Positions 28,538-37,638 of a stretch of DNA of 64,000 nt are shown here, one piece after another. The stretch lies in IMG/VR virus record IMGVR_UViG_3300023172_002538; one strand, 5' to 3'. The position numbers were made by a program, and so were the translations under genes. The stretch comes from an uncultured virus (IMG/VR IMGVR_UViG_3300023172_002538) (taxonomy: Duplodnaviria; Heunggongvirae; Uroviricota; Caudoviricetes). The notes under the pieces are model-generated. The model was not told where the DNA came from. It did no database searches and was given only the letters and a program-made list of their open reading frames with translations. Numbering within the stretch: position 1 is the stretch's first letter; each line of letters starts with the position of its first letter.

Positions 28538-30124
28538 ATGGCAGATAACGTAAACACATTGAAACTTTTTGGCTTCGAAATCAAGCGAGCCAAAAAAGAT
28601 GACAAAGACAAAGAGAAATTACAGTCTGTTGTCCCACCAACTGACACTGACGGCGCGGGTTATGTAACTGCGACGGCGGGTCATTTTGGTCAGTACATTA
28701 ATATGGATGGAGATGAGTCGAAAGACAACCATCATCTTATTTTGCGCTATCGTGGTGTAGCCATGCATCCTGAAGTAGATATGGCAATTGACGAAATTGT
28801 CAACGAAGGCATTTCTGCTTCTGAACTATCATCTTCTGTAGAAATTTCACTTGATGACATTGAAGCTGGTGAAAAGATCAAAGAGCAGATTCGTGAAGAG
28901 TTTGAAAACATTATCGGTATGCTCCGATTCAATGAGATCGGTCACGAAATCTTTAGGTCTTGGTACGTAGATGGTCGTATCTATCATCATCTTCTTATCA
29001 ATGATGCACAACCAAAAGCAGGCATTCAAGAGATTCGAAACATTGACTCGACTCGCATTCGAAAGGTGCGCGAAGTCAAATACAAGAAAGATCCAACAAC
29101 TGGCGTCAAGGTCGTAGACAAAGTTGATGAATACTATATCTACGAAGACAAGCCAGGCAACACGCAAACTGGTGTAAAACTGTCTAATGATTCGATCAGT
29201 TATGTCACTAGTGGTCTATTAGATGAGACAAAAAAGAAAGTTGTTTCGCATCTCCATAAAGCACTGAAGCCAATCAACCAGTTGCGCATGATGGAAGACT
29301 CGTTGGTCATCTATCGTCTCGCACGTGCACCCGAACGTCGAATTTTTTACATCGACGTAGGTTCTTTGCCTCGTGGTAAAGCAGAGCAGTACATGTCGGA
29401 CATCATGTCCAAGTATCGCAACAAGCTGGTCTATGATGCAAACACTGGTCAGATCAAAGATGATCGCAAGCACATGTCAATGCTTGAAGACTTCTGGCTA
29501 CCACGTCGAGAGAACGGACGTGGAACAGAGATCACAACACTGCCAGGCGGCGAGAATCTGGGACAGATAGATGACATCATCTATTTCCAGAAGCGACTGT
29601 ATCGTTCTCTGAATGTCCCAGTGAATCGTTTAGAGCAAGAAGCACAATTCTCGCTTGGCAGATCGACTGAAATTTCTAGAGATGAGGTTAAGTTCCAAAA
29701 ATTCATTGATCGGCTTCGTAGAAGATTCTCTTGGGTGTTCTTGGGTATTCTCAAGAAGCAACTCATACTTAAAGGTATTATCACCGAGCAAGACTGGGAA
29801 GAGTGGAAAGACAACATCTATGTTGACTTCGTAAAAGACAACCACTTTACCGAACTGAAAGAGATGGAGATTCTTCGCGAACGTATCGGTATCATGAACG
29901 AAATTACACAGTTCGTTGGTGAGTACTATTCGAAAGAATGGGTTATGCGTAACGTCTTGCGCATGTCCGATGATGATCTAGAAGCAATGAAAAAAGAGAT
30001 CGATCAAGAAACTAAAGACGGTGAAATTGAAGATAAAGATGAAGAAGAGCAACAAGAGCCAGCGGCGCCTAAACCCGTACCTGTTCAAGTTGTTCCCGAT
30101 GAACCAAAAGATGAGGAAAAATAA
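28538..30124 (+). CDS. gp20: portal protein gp20
   Basis: WYVDGRIY, LRMMEDSLVIYRLARAPERRIFYIDVG, EDFWLPRRE, TLPGGENLG. Confidence 0.96.
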   Translation: MADNVNTLKLFGFEIKRAKKDDKDKEKLQSVVPPTDTDGAGYVTATAGHFGQYINMDGDESKDNHHLILRYRGVAMHPEVDMAIDEIVNEGISASELSSSVEISLDDIEAGEKIKEQIREEFENIIGMLRFNEIGHEIFRSWYVDGRIYHHLLINDAQPKAGIQEIRNIDSTRIRKVREVKYKKDPTTGVKVVDKVDEYYIYEDKPGNTQTGVKLSNDSISYVTSGLLDETKKKVVSHLHKALKPINQLRMMEDSLVIYRLARAPERRIFYIDVGSLPRGKAEQYMSDIMSKYRNKLVYDANTGQIKDDRKHMSMLEDFWLPRRENGRGTEITTLPGGENLGQIDDIIYFQKRLYRSLNVPVNRLEQEAQFSLGRSTEISRDEVKFQKFIDRLRRRFSWVFLGILKKQLILKGIITEQDWEEWKDNIYVDFVKDNHFTELKEMEILRERIGIMNEITQFVGEYYSKEWVMRNVLRMSDDDLEAMKKEIDQETKDGEIEDKDEEEQQEPAAPKPVPVQVVPDEPKDEEK

Positions 30125-30480
30125 TGTCTGACGAAGATGTAGTAATTGACGAATTGCAAGCAGAGCCTATTCAACCAAACTCTAAAGCAGTTGAAGATTT
30201 TCTAAAGGCGATTGAAGATCAAAACTTCACTCAAGCCGAGCGACAGTTTAATGATATGGTAGGTGATCGTTTGCAAGATACTTTGGATCAAGCCAAAGCA
30301 AGAATTGCGGCGTCTCTGGGTCAAGAAGAGCCAGAAGCTGAAGAAGATGATCTAGATGCTGTTGAGGACTCGCTTGACGATGACGAAGAAATTAGTCTTG
30401 ATGATCTTGACTTAGACATCGATGATAATGAAGATGACGTGGATGAGGATGACGACGAAGACCTCGTTGCTCCTGTTTAA
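30124..30480 (+). CDS. acidic prohead core protein (gp67-like)
   Basis: Lies right after the portal gene; very acidic. Confidence 0.6.
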   Translation: MSDEDVVIDELQAEPIQPNSKAVEDFLKAIEDQNFTQAERQFNDMVGDRLQDTLDQAKARIAASLGQEEPEAEEDDLDAVEDSLDDDEEISLDDLDLDIDDNEDDVDEDDDEDLVAPV

Positions 30481-30492
30481 AAATCATTATTT

Positions 30493-30500
30493 TATAAATA
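30493..30500 (+). promoter_or_regulatory. T4-type late promoter
   Basis: Intergenic TATAAATA. Confidence 0.8.
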
Positions 30501-30516
30501 AATAACACGAGACAAA

Positions 30517-31161
30517 ATGTCAAAGGTAACTGATAAAGAAATTAAATTATTGGAAAAAGTTGCTAACGCCCATCTGTATGAAGTAATGGGCAACAAAGAC
30601 AGGTATATAGACAAGCCTGATAATTTTAGCACAGTCCAATATATGAATGCAAGAGGACATGTTGATCAACTCAAATTAAAGGAGATGATCGTAAAATGTA
30701 TCATAGATCATGTTGGAACGTCTGAAGCGTTTCTAAACATGGGAACAGCATGTGGTCATTTAGAGTATGCTAATCGATTGAACCACGGGCGATTGACAAT
30801 CAGTTCATGCGAATGGGATTATCAATATGAGTGCTGTGAAAAGATACGTGACATGCTGGGCGTTCAGATCAGTTACAGATGTAATGACGTTTTAGGTGAT
30901 GATTTTGAAATACGTGATTGTAAGACGTATTTCGATCACGTTATTTTAGATAGGTTTTTTCCTGTGTATCGAGCAGATACACACCACAGAACAGAAGAGG
31001 TATTGAAGAAATTTAAACCATACGCAAGGAGAGCAATTTTAATTGAGTCCGATGGCAACTGGTCAAAAGAACAATGGTCTTGGTTAGTCAAGACAGCCGA
31101 ACGAAGAATTAAAATCTCAGGCGAATGGAATATGTTTCTGATAAAACTGGAAAACTTATGA
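30517..31161 (+). CDS. putative class I SAM-dependent methyltransferase
   Basis: FLNMGTACGHLE motif-I-like, SCEWD motif-II-like, FDHVIL motif-IV-like. Confidence 0.55.
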   Translation: MSKVTDKEIKLLEKVANAHLYEVMGNKDRYIDKPDNFSTVQYMNARGHVDQLKLKEMIVKCIIDHVGTSEAFLNMGTACGHLEYANRLNHGRLTISSCEWDYQYECCEKIRDMLGVQISYRCNDVLGDDFEIRDCKTYFDHVILDRFFPVYRADTHHRTEEVLKKFKPYARRAILIESDGNWSKEQWSWLVKTAERRIKISGEWNMFLIKLENL

Positions 31162-31364
31162 AGACGTTTAAGAGCATCCGCGAAGCGAAGAAAAAAATGC
31201 CAGCAGGTGAACATGTCTTCGACAAGAAAGTGAATCGTCACTCAGTGATGATCCACAAAGACAACAAAGGGTTTACTGTCTATATTGACGGTGACAAACT
31301 AGACACCTATCGTTCTCAGAAAGAAGCTGAGAAGATGGGTGTAGCTTTCGCTAAGGAAATGTAA
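31158..31364 (+). CDS. small prohead-associated protein (gp68 position)
   Basis: MKTFKSIREA start typical of T4-like internal head proteins; directly precedes gp21. Confidence 0.5.
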   Translation: MKTFKSIREAKKKMPAGEHVFDKKVNRHSVMIHKDNKGFTVYIDGDKLDTYRSQKEAEKMGVAFAKEM

Positions 31365-32030
31365 ATGAAACTTATTACCGAATATCATGAAAACGACTTA
31401 CAGTGCATCGTCGAAGCAAAGGATGGTGGTGAAAAGTCTTATATGATTGAAGGTATCTTTGCGCAAGCAGAACAAAAGAATCGTAACGGGCGTATCTATC
31501 CTAAAACAATTATGGAAAAGGCTGTAAATACGTACGTTGAACAACAGGTTAGCAAAAAGCGGGCTGTGGGTGAATTGAATCATCCCGAAGGTCCCACTGT
31601 TAACTTAGACAAAGTTTCTCACCTCATCACTGATCTTCGATTCGAAGGCAATGATGTAGTAGGAAAGGCACAAATATTGGATACTCCAATGGGCAAGATC
31701 GTTAAAGGCTTGCTTGATGGTGGCGTTCAACTAGGCGTGTCAACTCGTGGCATGGGTAGTCTTGAGCAAAGAAATGGCACAATGTATGTGCGAGAAGACT
31801 TTATTTTGAATACTGTCGATATCGTACAAGATCCTTCCGCGCCTGCGGCTTTCGTTAATGGTATTATGGAAGGCGTAGAGTGGGTATGGAATAACGGTGT
31901 TATTGAGGCTCAAGAAATTGAAAAAATGGAGACTGAAATTAAATCGGCTCCGACAAAGCATCTCTATGAGACGCAAGTTCGTGAGTACAAAAATTTCCTC
32001 TCGTTGCTCAAATCAAACTTTAAGGAGTAA
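31365..32030 (+). CDS. gp21: prohead protease gp21
   Basis: KNRNGRIYP, GELNHP, LGVSTRGMGSL, DIVQDPSAP. Confidence 0.95.
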   Translation: MKLITEYHENDLQCIVEAKDGGEKSYMIEGIFAQAEQKNRNGRIYPKTIMEKAVNTYVEQQVSKKRAVGELNHPEGPTVNLDKVSHLITDLRFEGNDVVGKAQILDTPMGKIVKGLLDGGVQLGVSTRGMGSLEQRNGTMYVREDFILNTVDIVQDPSAPAAFVNGIMEGVEWVWNNGVIEAQEIEKMETEIKSAPTKHLYETQVREYKNFLSLLKSNFKE

Positions 32031-32035
32031 AACAT

Positions 32036-33076
32036 ATGTCTGATCTAGACCAAAATGTTGAGCTTCCTATCGATGAGGACAACCAAATCGAGGAAGCAAG
32101 TGCTCAGAAGATGCCTGTTGGTACAGAGGCGGACTCTATTGCGTCTGTAGACAAGACTGACGCTCCTGTTAAGAAAGCTCCCGCTCGTAAAGGGGATCAG
32201 ACTAAACAGGATCCGATGCCTAAGACCAAAGCAGGAATGCTAAACGCTATGTACAGCAAGATGTCTGGTATGAAAAAAGACCAACTGACTGCTATGTTCA
32301 GCAAGATGTCTGAAGAGTTCGAAGATGTAGAAGAAGGCGAAGCAGTTGAACTGCCCGAGTTCTCTTACAACGATGAACTGTCTGCTCTTGTAGAAAGCGA
32401 AGCTACTTTATCTGATGAGTTCAAAGCGAAAACTGCTGTGATCTTTGAAACTGCTATTCGTTCTAAGCTGTCCGAGGAAATCGAACGCCTAGAGGATGAA
32501 TATCAAACTCGACTCGACGAAGAGCTGGACGCTACGCGCACAGACCTCGTAGAGAAAGTTGATAGCTACCTCAACTACGTAGTTGAGAACTGGATGCAGG
32601 AAAACAAACTCGCTGTTGAGACTGGCTTGCGCACTGAAATCGCTGAAGATTTCATGGGCAAACTGAAGGATCTGTTCCTTGAGTCTTACATCGAAGTTCC
32701 TGAGTCTAAAGTTGACCTAGTTGATGAACTTGCAGAGCAGGTTGAAGAGCTTGAAGAAAAGCTTAACAGCCAAACTGCAACTGTTCTTGAAATGTCTGAG
32801 AAGGTTGAGATTTATCAGCGTGAAGCGATTATTCGCGAAGCGTCTCGTGATCTCGCCGAAACTCAGGTAGAAAAACTCGCGTCTTTGGTGAGTTCTCTCG
32901 ACTTCGAAGATGAAGAATCTTTCGCATCTAAAGTCAAGACTGTAAAAGAGTCTTACTTCAAGAAGGAAGTTGCTTCTACAGAAGAAGAGATCGTCGAAGA
33001 CTGGGATACAAACAACACAGAGGTTTCTTCTGTGATGGACATGTATCTCAACGCCATCAAAAAATCTAATAAGTAA
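32036..33076 (+). CDS. gp22: prohead scaffold protein gp22
   Basis: LSDEFKAK..IFE.A, VDSYLNYVVENW..EN; acidic coiled coil. Confidence 0.9.
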   Translation: MSDLDQNVELPIDEDNQIEEASAQKMPVGTEADSIASVDKTDAPVKKAPARKGDQTKQDPMPKTKAGMLNAMYSKMSGMKKDQLTAMFSKMSEEFEDVEEGEAVELPEFSYNDELSALVESEATLSDEFKAKTAVIFETAIRSKLSEEIERLEDEYQTRLDEELDATRTDLVEKVDSYLNYVVENWMQENKLAVETGLRTEIAEDFMGKLKDLFLESYIEVPESKVDLVDELAEQVEELEEKLNSQTATVLEMSEKVEIYQREAIIREASRDLAETQVEKLASLVSSLDFEDEESFASKVKTVKESYFKKEVASTEEEIVEDWDTNNTEVSSVMDMYLNAIKKSNK

Positions 33077-33087
33077 GGAGTACTAAG

Positions 33088-34467
33088 ATGACTGTTCAAG
33101 TATCTTATGACAAACTCATCGAGAAGTGGAGCCCAGTTCTCGAGGAAACGTCTGCTGGTGAGATCAAAGATCATCACCGTAAAGCTGTAACTGCCGCTGT
33201 TCTTGAGAACCAAGAGCAAGCATTCCGGGAAGAAGCAGGCATGCTTGCTGAAGCCCCAACCAACACCAACTTCAGCGCAACTGGCGCTGCCGCTGGCGTA
33301 ACTGGCGCAAACTGGAACCCTGTTCTGATTGCTCTCGTTCGACGTGCTATGCCTAACCTCATGGCTTACGATCTCGCAGGCGTTCAGCCTATGACTGGTC
33401 CTACTGGCTTGATCTTCGCAATGAAGGCTCGTCACAAGACTACTCGTGGTGGTGCAACTGCTGACACTGAAGCTTTGTTCCAAGAAGCGCACACTCCGTT
33501 CTCTGGCGACTCTTCTGTGTCGCAAGATTCGGCTAATGCCGCTGGTAACAAGGGTCCTTCTGGTCTGACTGGTGTTTCTGACACTGACAACGACTCTTCT
33601 ATCGTTGACTCTGGTTCGTCTTACGTTCCTGGTGTTGGCGGTGGTATGTCTACGGCTGATGCTGAAGCCCTCGGTTCTACCGGTTCTGCATTCGCAGAGA
33701 TGGGATTCACCATCGAAAAGAGCACGGTTACTGCGAAGTCTCGTGCACTGAAAGCAGAATACAGCCTCGAATTGGCTCAAGACTTGAAAGCGATTCACGG
33801 TCTTGACGCTGAGACAGAGCTGGCTAACATTCTGTCTACTGAGATCCTCGCTGAAATCAACCGTGAGATCATCCGTACTATCAACAGCCAAGCCAAGATT
33901 GGTTGCCGACAAGCTGGTCTCCAGACTGCTGGTATCTTCGATCTTAGCACTGACGCTGATGGTCGTTGGTCTGTTGAGAAGTTCAAGGGTCTGTTGGTTC
34001 AACTTGAGCGTGAAGCAAACGTAATCGCGAAAGAAACTCGTCGCGGTAAGGGTAACATCGTTGTATGTTCTTCTGACGTTGCTACTGCTCTCGTTGCGGC
34101 TGGTATGCTCGACTACGCTCCTGCACTCAGCACGAACCTGCAAGTCGATGACACTGGTAACACCTTCGCTGGTGTTCTGAACGGACGTACTCGCGTCTAC
34201 ATCGATCCGTATGCAACTTCTGACTACGTAACTGTAGGCTACAAGGGTACTAACCCTTATGACGCTGGTGTGTTCTACTGCCCATACGTGCCTCTCCAGA
34301 TGGTACGTGCAGTTGGCGAGAATGACTTCCAGCCACGGATCGGCTTTAAGACTCGTTACGGCATGGCTTCTAACCCATTCGTGGGCGCGACTCCTGCTGA
34401 CGGTCTTGCTACCGCTCGTACTAACCAGTACTACCGTATCTTCCGCGTGGACAACATCCTCGCCTAA
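33088..34467 (+). CDS. gp23: major capsid protein gp23
   Basis: LVRRAMPNL.AYD..GVQPMTGPTGLIFAM, KSRALKAEYS.ELAQDLKAIHGLDAE, FQPRIGFKTRYG. Confidence 0.97.
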   Translation: MTVQVSYDKLIEKWSPVLEETSAGEIKDHHRKAVTAAVLENQEQAFREEAGMLAEAPTNTNFSATGAAAGVTGANWNPVLIALVRRAMPNLMAYDLAGVQPMTGPTGLIFAMKARHKTTRGGATADTEALFQEAHTPFSGDSSVSQDSANAAGNKGPSGLTGVSDTDNDSSIVDSGSSYVPGVGGGMSTADAEALGSTGSAFAEMGFTIEKSTVTAKSRALKAEYSLELAQDLKAIHGLDAETELANILSTEILAEINREIIRTINSQAKIGCRQAGLQTAGIFDLSTDADGRWSVEKFKGLLVQLEREANVIAKETRRGKGNIVVCSSDVATALVAAGMLDYAPALSTNLQVDDTGNTFAGVLNGRTRVYIDPYATSDYVTVGYKGTNPYDAGVFYCPYVPLQMVRAVGENDFQPRIGFKTRYGMASNPFVGATPADGLATARTNQYYRIFRVDNILA

Positions 34468-34507
34468 GAGATACAATAAAAAGAATCTCTTTAGAGATCA
34501 TTTTTGG

Positions 34508-34532
34508 GGGAGCCGCAAGGCTCCCTTTTTTT
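34508..34532 (+). terminator. rho-independent terminator after gp23
   Basis: GGGAGCC-GCAA-GGCTCCC followed by T7. Confidence 0.88.
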
Positions 34533-34539
34533 ATAAATA
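34532..34539 (+). promoter_or_regulatory. T4-type late promoter
   Basis: TATAAATA immediately after the terminator. Confidence 0.75.
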
Positions 34540-34617
34540 TTTTCAGTCCTATGCTTGATACTGCATATGTGCCTGGTGCAGGTACATATCCGCGGTCTCA
34601 CATATAGGAGAAATGAA

Positions 34618-34998
34618 ATGAGATATACTCTGCTAGTATTAGCATTTTTAAGTACTTTTGCTATGGCGCATACAATTACGTATGACAATGGAGATGTTTA
34701 TACAGTGGCTGATGACGAATTCGTTTTTGTGGCAAAGCAAAGCGAATTGTGGACTCGCCAAGTTTATAACAATGGCAACACGAATCAGTTTAAGAAAATT
34801 GTCCCATGGACGAAGGTAGACTATACGCCGCCTGATAATGGGACAAACACTGGCATGGTGTTTGGTTCGCACGAGTGGTGTGCGGCCTATGTGCCTTGGT
34901 CAGAAGGATACACTTTTGCAATGCAAGCATGGCAACGTTATTGTGATAGCAATAACGATGGAGTCTATGACGAAGACGATGAACGCTGGGAAGGATAA
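34618..34998 (+). CDS. secreted protein with C-terminal DxNxDG (EF-hand-like Ca-binding) loop
   Basis: AGGAG RBS; signal peptide MRYTLLVLAFLSTFAMA; CDSNNDGVYDEDD. Confidence 0.7.
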   Translation: MRYTLLVLAFLSTFAMAHTITYDNGDVYTVADDEFVFVAKQSELWTRQVYNNGNTNQFKKIVPWTKVDYTPPDNGTNTGMVFGSHEWCAAYVPWSEGYTFAMQAWQRYCDSNNDGVYDEDDERWEG

Positions 34999-35000
34999 AG

Positions 35001-35024
35001 AAAAGGGGCTTGCGCCCCTTTTTT
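35001..35024. terminator. bidirectional intrinsic terminator between convergent genes
   Basis: AAAA-GGGGC-TTGC-GCCCC-TTTTTT. Confidence 0.8.
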
Positions 35025-36432
35025 AATAGTAGCAAACTGGATTTTCAAAGTAATACACAAGAGGGTCAGGACTAGGTGCTGGCGAAAAAGCGACGATGTA
35101 ATCGTCTTCAGCCAGTTGACTCATTCTATATCTGACTCTGTTTAGATGTTTCACAGCCTGTGTTTCTGGTGGTTGTGTTTCAATAGGCTGTAGGCAGAAA
35201 CAGCCACCTTTTGTGCCAAGTCTTACTGTTTTACTGTTTTCAGGTATTTCAAAATATGCATCATAGTCTGAAAATCTACCAGTAGGCAGATCAGAGTATG
35301 ACATAACGGTGCCGTAGCCAGCCCAGATCGAATTATCTTCTTTCTCTACTGGTGCTCGATATTCTGGTAGCAGATAGCCAAACGAATATTCAAAAATGTT
35401 TACTGTGCCTTGATGATCACCAAAGTGATGATCGAGTCCTAAAATGTGACCGACTTCGTGCACGAATGTTTCATGCGCTCGCTCATAGTATCGTGTTGCG
35501 GCATAATCCTGAAAGACTGTGTTCTGAAAACATTGTGTGATTCCTCGTGTTTTTTGGACTCCTCGTGTTCCATCTACTTGAGCAACACCACACGCAATAG
35601 GATCTTCCTCTTTCTTTTTAAACAGAAATGCAATGTCAGCCTCTGCGTTTCGTTGCCACTTTTCGACATCACTAAATTCGTAACGATCACCAAAGAATGC
35701 TGTGTACTGCCGCCTTAGATCACCTGCACCAACTTCTACCATTTTTAAATCGACAAGTCGAAGAACAATATAAACACCAGAATCAGCAAAGACTTTGTTG
35801 GCAAAATCCAATTCACGGCGAATGTATTCTTCATGTGTCAAGCCTTCCATGTCTTCTTCGGTGAGTTTGCTATCAACAACTGCGAGTAAATCGATTACTG
35901 CTAGTTGCTCATTATCCACTTCATATGGAAAGTCAACGCCTGTTCGCTGAAGCACACCATCACAATTCATGTAGTCATACCAAGGGTGTTTAGTGTCAGT
36001 TGGATCAGAAGGGCAAGATGCTGGCGGATCCATCTGAGGAATAAAACCACATTCTTCAGCATCTTCTTGTATAGTCTCAACCTGTTTGCCACCGTTTCCA
36101 TCAGCTACGTCTTGCACAAGTGTAAGAAGCTGAATAAATCTATTCTCAGGACTAGGCTCTTCTACACAGTATGGTTCTGATAAAGGTGTGCCAAATGCGG
36201 GTGGAGGTTCATAGCCACATTCTTCTGAATTTTCTGTTTTTTCTACGATCTCGCCGCCAGCACCATCTGCTGTGACAATTACTAATGTGTGCGGATCTTC
36301 ACAGTACTCATCTAAAACAGTGCCTTGTGCGGGATGATTAACAACTGGTGGTTGCTCTATAATAGCAGAAGATTCGTTACCGCCTGAACAACCTACAAGC
36401 AGAGCGAATACAAAGGGCATGTACTTAATCAT
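35023..36432 (-). CDS. lipoprotein zinc metalloprotease (metzincin, reprolysin/M12B-like)
   Basis: Lipobox LLVGC; HEVGHILGLDH (HExxHxxGxxH); Met-turn TVMSY. Confidence 0.8.
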   Translation of the reverse strand: MIKYMPFVFALLVGCSGGNESSAIIEQPPVVNHPAQGTVLDEYCEDPHTLVIVTADGAGGEIVEKTENSEECGYEPPPAFGTPLSEPYCVEEPSPENRFIQLLTLVQDVADGNGGKQVETIQEDAEECGFIPQMDPPASCPSDPTDTKHPWYDYMNCDGVLQRTGVDFPYEVDNEQLAVIDLLAVVDSKLTEEDMEGLTHEEYIRRELDFANKVFADSGVYIVLRLVDLKMVEVGAGDLRRQYTAFFGDRYEFSDVEKWQRNAEADIAFLFKKKEEDPIACGVAQVDGTRGVQKTRGITQCFQNTVFQDYAATRYYERAHETFVHEVGHILGLDHHFGDHQGTVNIFEYSFGYLLPEYRAPVEKEDNSIWAGYGTVMSYSDLPTGRFSDYDAYFEIPENSKTVRLGTKGGCFCLQPIETQPPETQAVKHLNRVRYRMSQLAEDDYIVAFSPAPSPDPLVYYFENPVCYY

Positions 36433-36459
36433 ATTATTAGTCCAAATAGTGCCTTAATT

Positions 36460-36473
36460 TATTTATATAAATA
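36460..36473. promoter_or_regulatory. overlapping divergent late promoters
   Basis: Palindrome TATTTATATAAATA contains TATAAATA on both strands. Confidence 0.7.
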
Positions 36474-36504
36474 CCATTATAAAGCAACTCACTTGGGAAT
36501 ATCA

Positions 36505-37014
36505 ATGGCTGATTTTACATGCGATCCTACATATCTTGCGCCGACTGGATTTAAGGTTGCGCTTGATCGAAAGAACTATCCAAACATTCAGTTCTTTGCT
36601 CAACAAGTACAGCATCCTTCTATGGACATGACTGCTACTGAATTGCCTTATCGTAGAGTGGGTAATGTTGTTACACCGGGCGATACTTTGTCTTTCGGCA
36701 CTGTCAGCATGGATATTCTGATGGACGAAAACATGAACGTCTATCAAGAAATCTATGACTGGATGCGCAGACTTGTCGAAGAAGAATATAAGTCAAATAC
36801 AGGCAGACTGCTGTCCACTAATGCGGATGAAATTGGATCATTCTGTGATATCAGTGTGTCTGTATTGACAAGTCACAATAATATTGGTCGAACAATCAAG
36901 TATGTAAATGCACTGCCTACTTCGCTAGGTGACGTACAGTTTGCGGCTACGAGTCAGGGTGAATACATCACGTTCCCTGTCTCATTCAGATTTGATTATT
37001 TTGAGCTAGTGTGA
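36505..37014 (+). CDS. gp3: tail tube terminator / completion protein gp3
   Basis: YLAPTGFK, PGDTLSFG, MDENMNVYQEIYDWM, ALPTSLGDVQF; sits before uvsY. Confidence 0.85.
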   Translation: MADFTCDPTYLAPTGFKVALDRKNYPNIQFFAQQVQHPSMDMTATELPYRRVGNVVTPGDTLSFGTVSMDILMDENMNVYQEIYDWMRRLVEEEYKSNTGRLLSTNADEIGSFCDISVSVLTSHNNIGRTIKYVNALPTSLGDVQFAATSQGEYITFPVSFRFDYFELV

Positions 37015-37057
37015 TATAATACACTTTGTGTATCTTTTAATACAGTAATGGTATATT

Positions 37058-37501
37058 ATGAATTTAGAAAACATTCTTCAGGAGTGGAAGAAAGACTCAC
37101 ATATCGAGTATAACAAACTTGATGTGACTTCGCAAGAGACTCCTAAACTACACGCAAAATATCTTGAGCTATATAGTAACGCAAAGCTTAAACTCAAAGA
37201 CGCGGAGTTTAAGCAGAAGGTATTGCTCAAAGACAAGTGGCTATATTACAACGGGAAGATGCCCGTCGAAACAGTGATTGAGAAAGGTTGGAATCCTGAT
37301 CCGTTCGATGGTCTAAAAATTCTCAAAGGCGAGATGGATTACTACTACGATAGTGATCCTGAGATTATGGCAAGTGAAGCAAAACTCGCTTACATGAAAG
37401 AGGTTGTCGATACTCTCAAAGAGATTATGGACAACATTAAGTGGCGTCATTCGACGATAAAGAACATGATCGATTGGAAAAAGTTTGAGGCTGGATTTTG
37501 A
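37058..37501 (+). CDS. uvsY: recombination mediator UvsY
   Basis: WKKDSHI, PKLHAKYL, WLYYNGK, IKNMIDWKKF. Confidence 0.9.
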   Translation: MNLENILQEWKKDSHIEYNKLDVTSQETPKLHAKYLELYSNAKLKLKDAEFKQKVLLKDKWLYYNGKMPVETVIEKGWNPDPFDGLKILKGEMDYYYDSDPEIMASEAKLAYMKEVVDTLKEIMDNIKWRHSTIKNMIDWKKFEAGF

Positions 37502-37638
37502 TTGGATTGCTAGGACTACTGGCTGTGTTTATGTGTCCGATGGTATTTGGTGGCATTACGTTTGTTTACTCGCACAGTGCAATACATCAAGAAACCTTAG
37601 ACCGCTGGAAGCGACAAGAGTACGATGCAAATAATTAA
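37498..37638 (+). CDS. small membrane protein (46 aa, not in ORF track)
   Basis: TTG start overlaps the uvsY stop; MIGLLGLLAVFMCPMVFGGITFVYSH...; fills the gap to uvsW. Confidence 0.5.
   Translation: MIGLLGLLAVFMCPMVFGGITFVYSHSAIHQETLDRWKRQEYDANN

Noticed and set aside
32953..34476. 507-aa minus-strand ORF antisense to gp23
   Set aside because: It mirrors the strongly codon-biased capsid gene and has no recognisable motifs or RBS; a typical shadow ORF.
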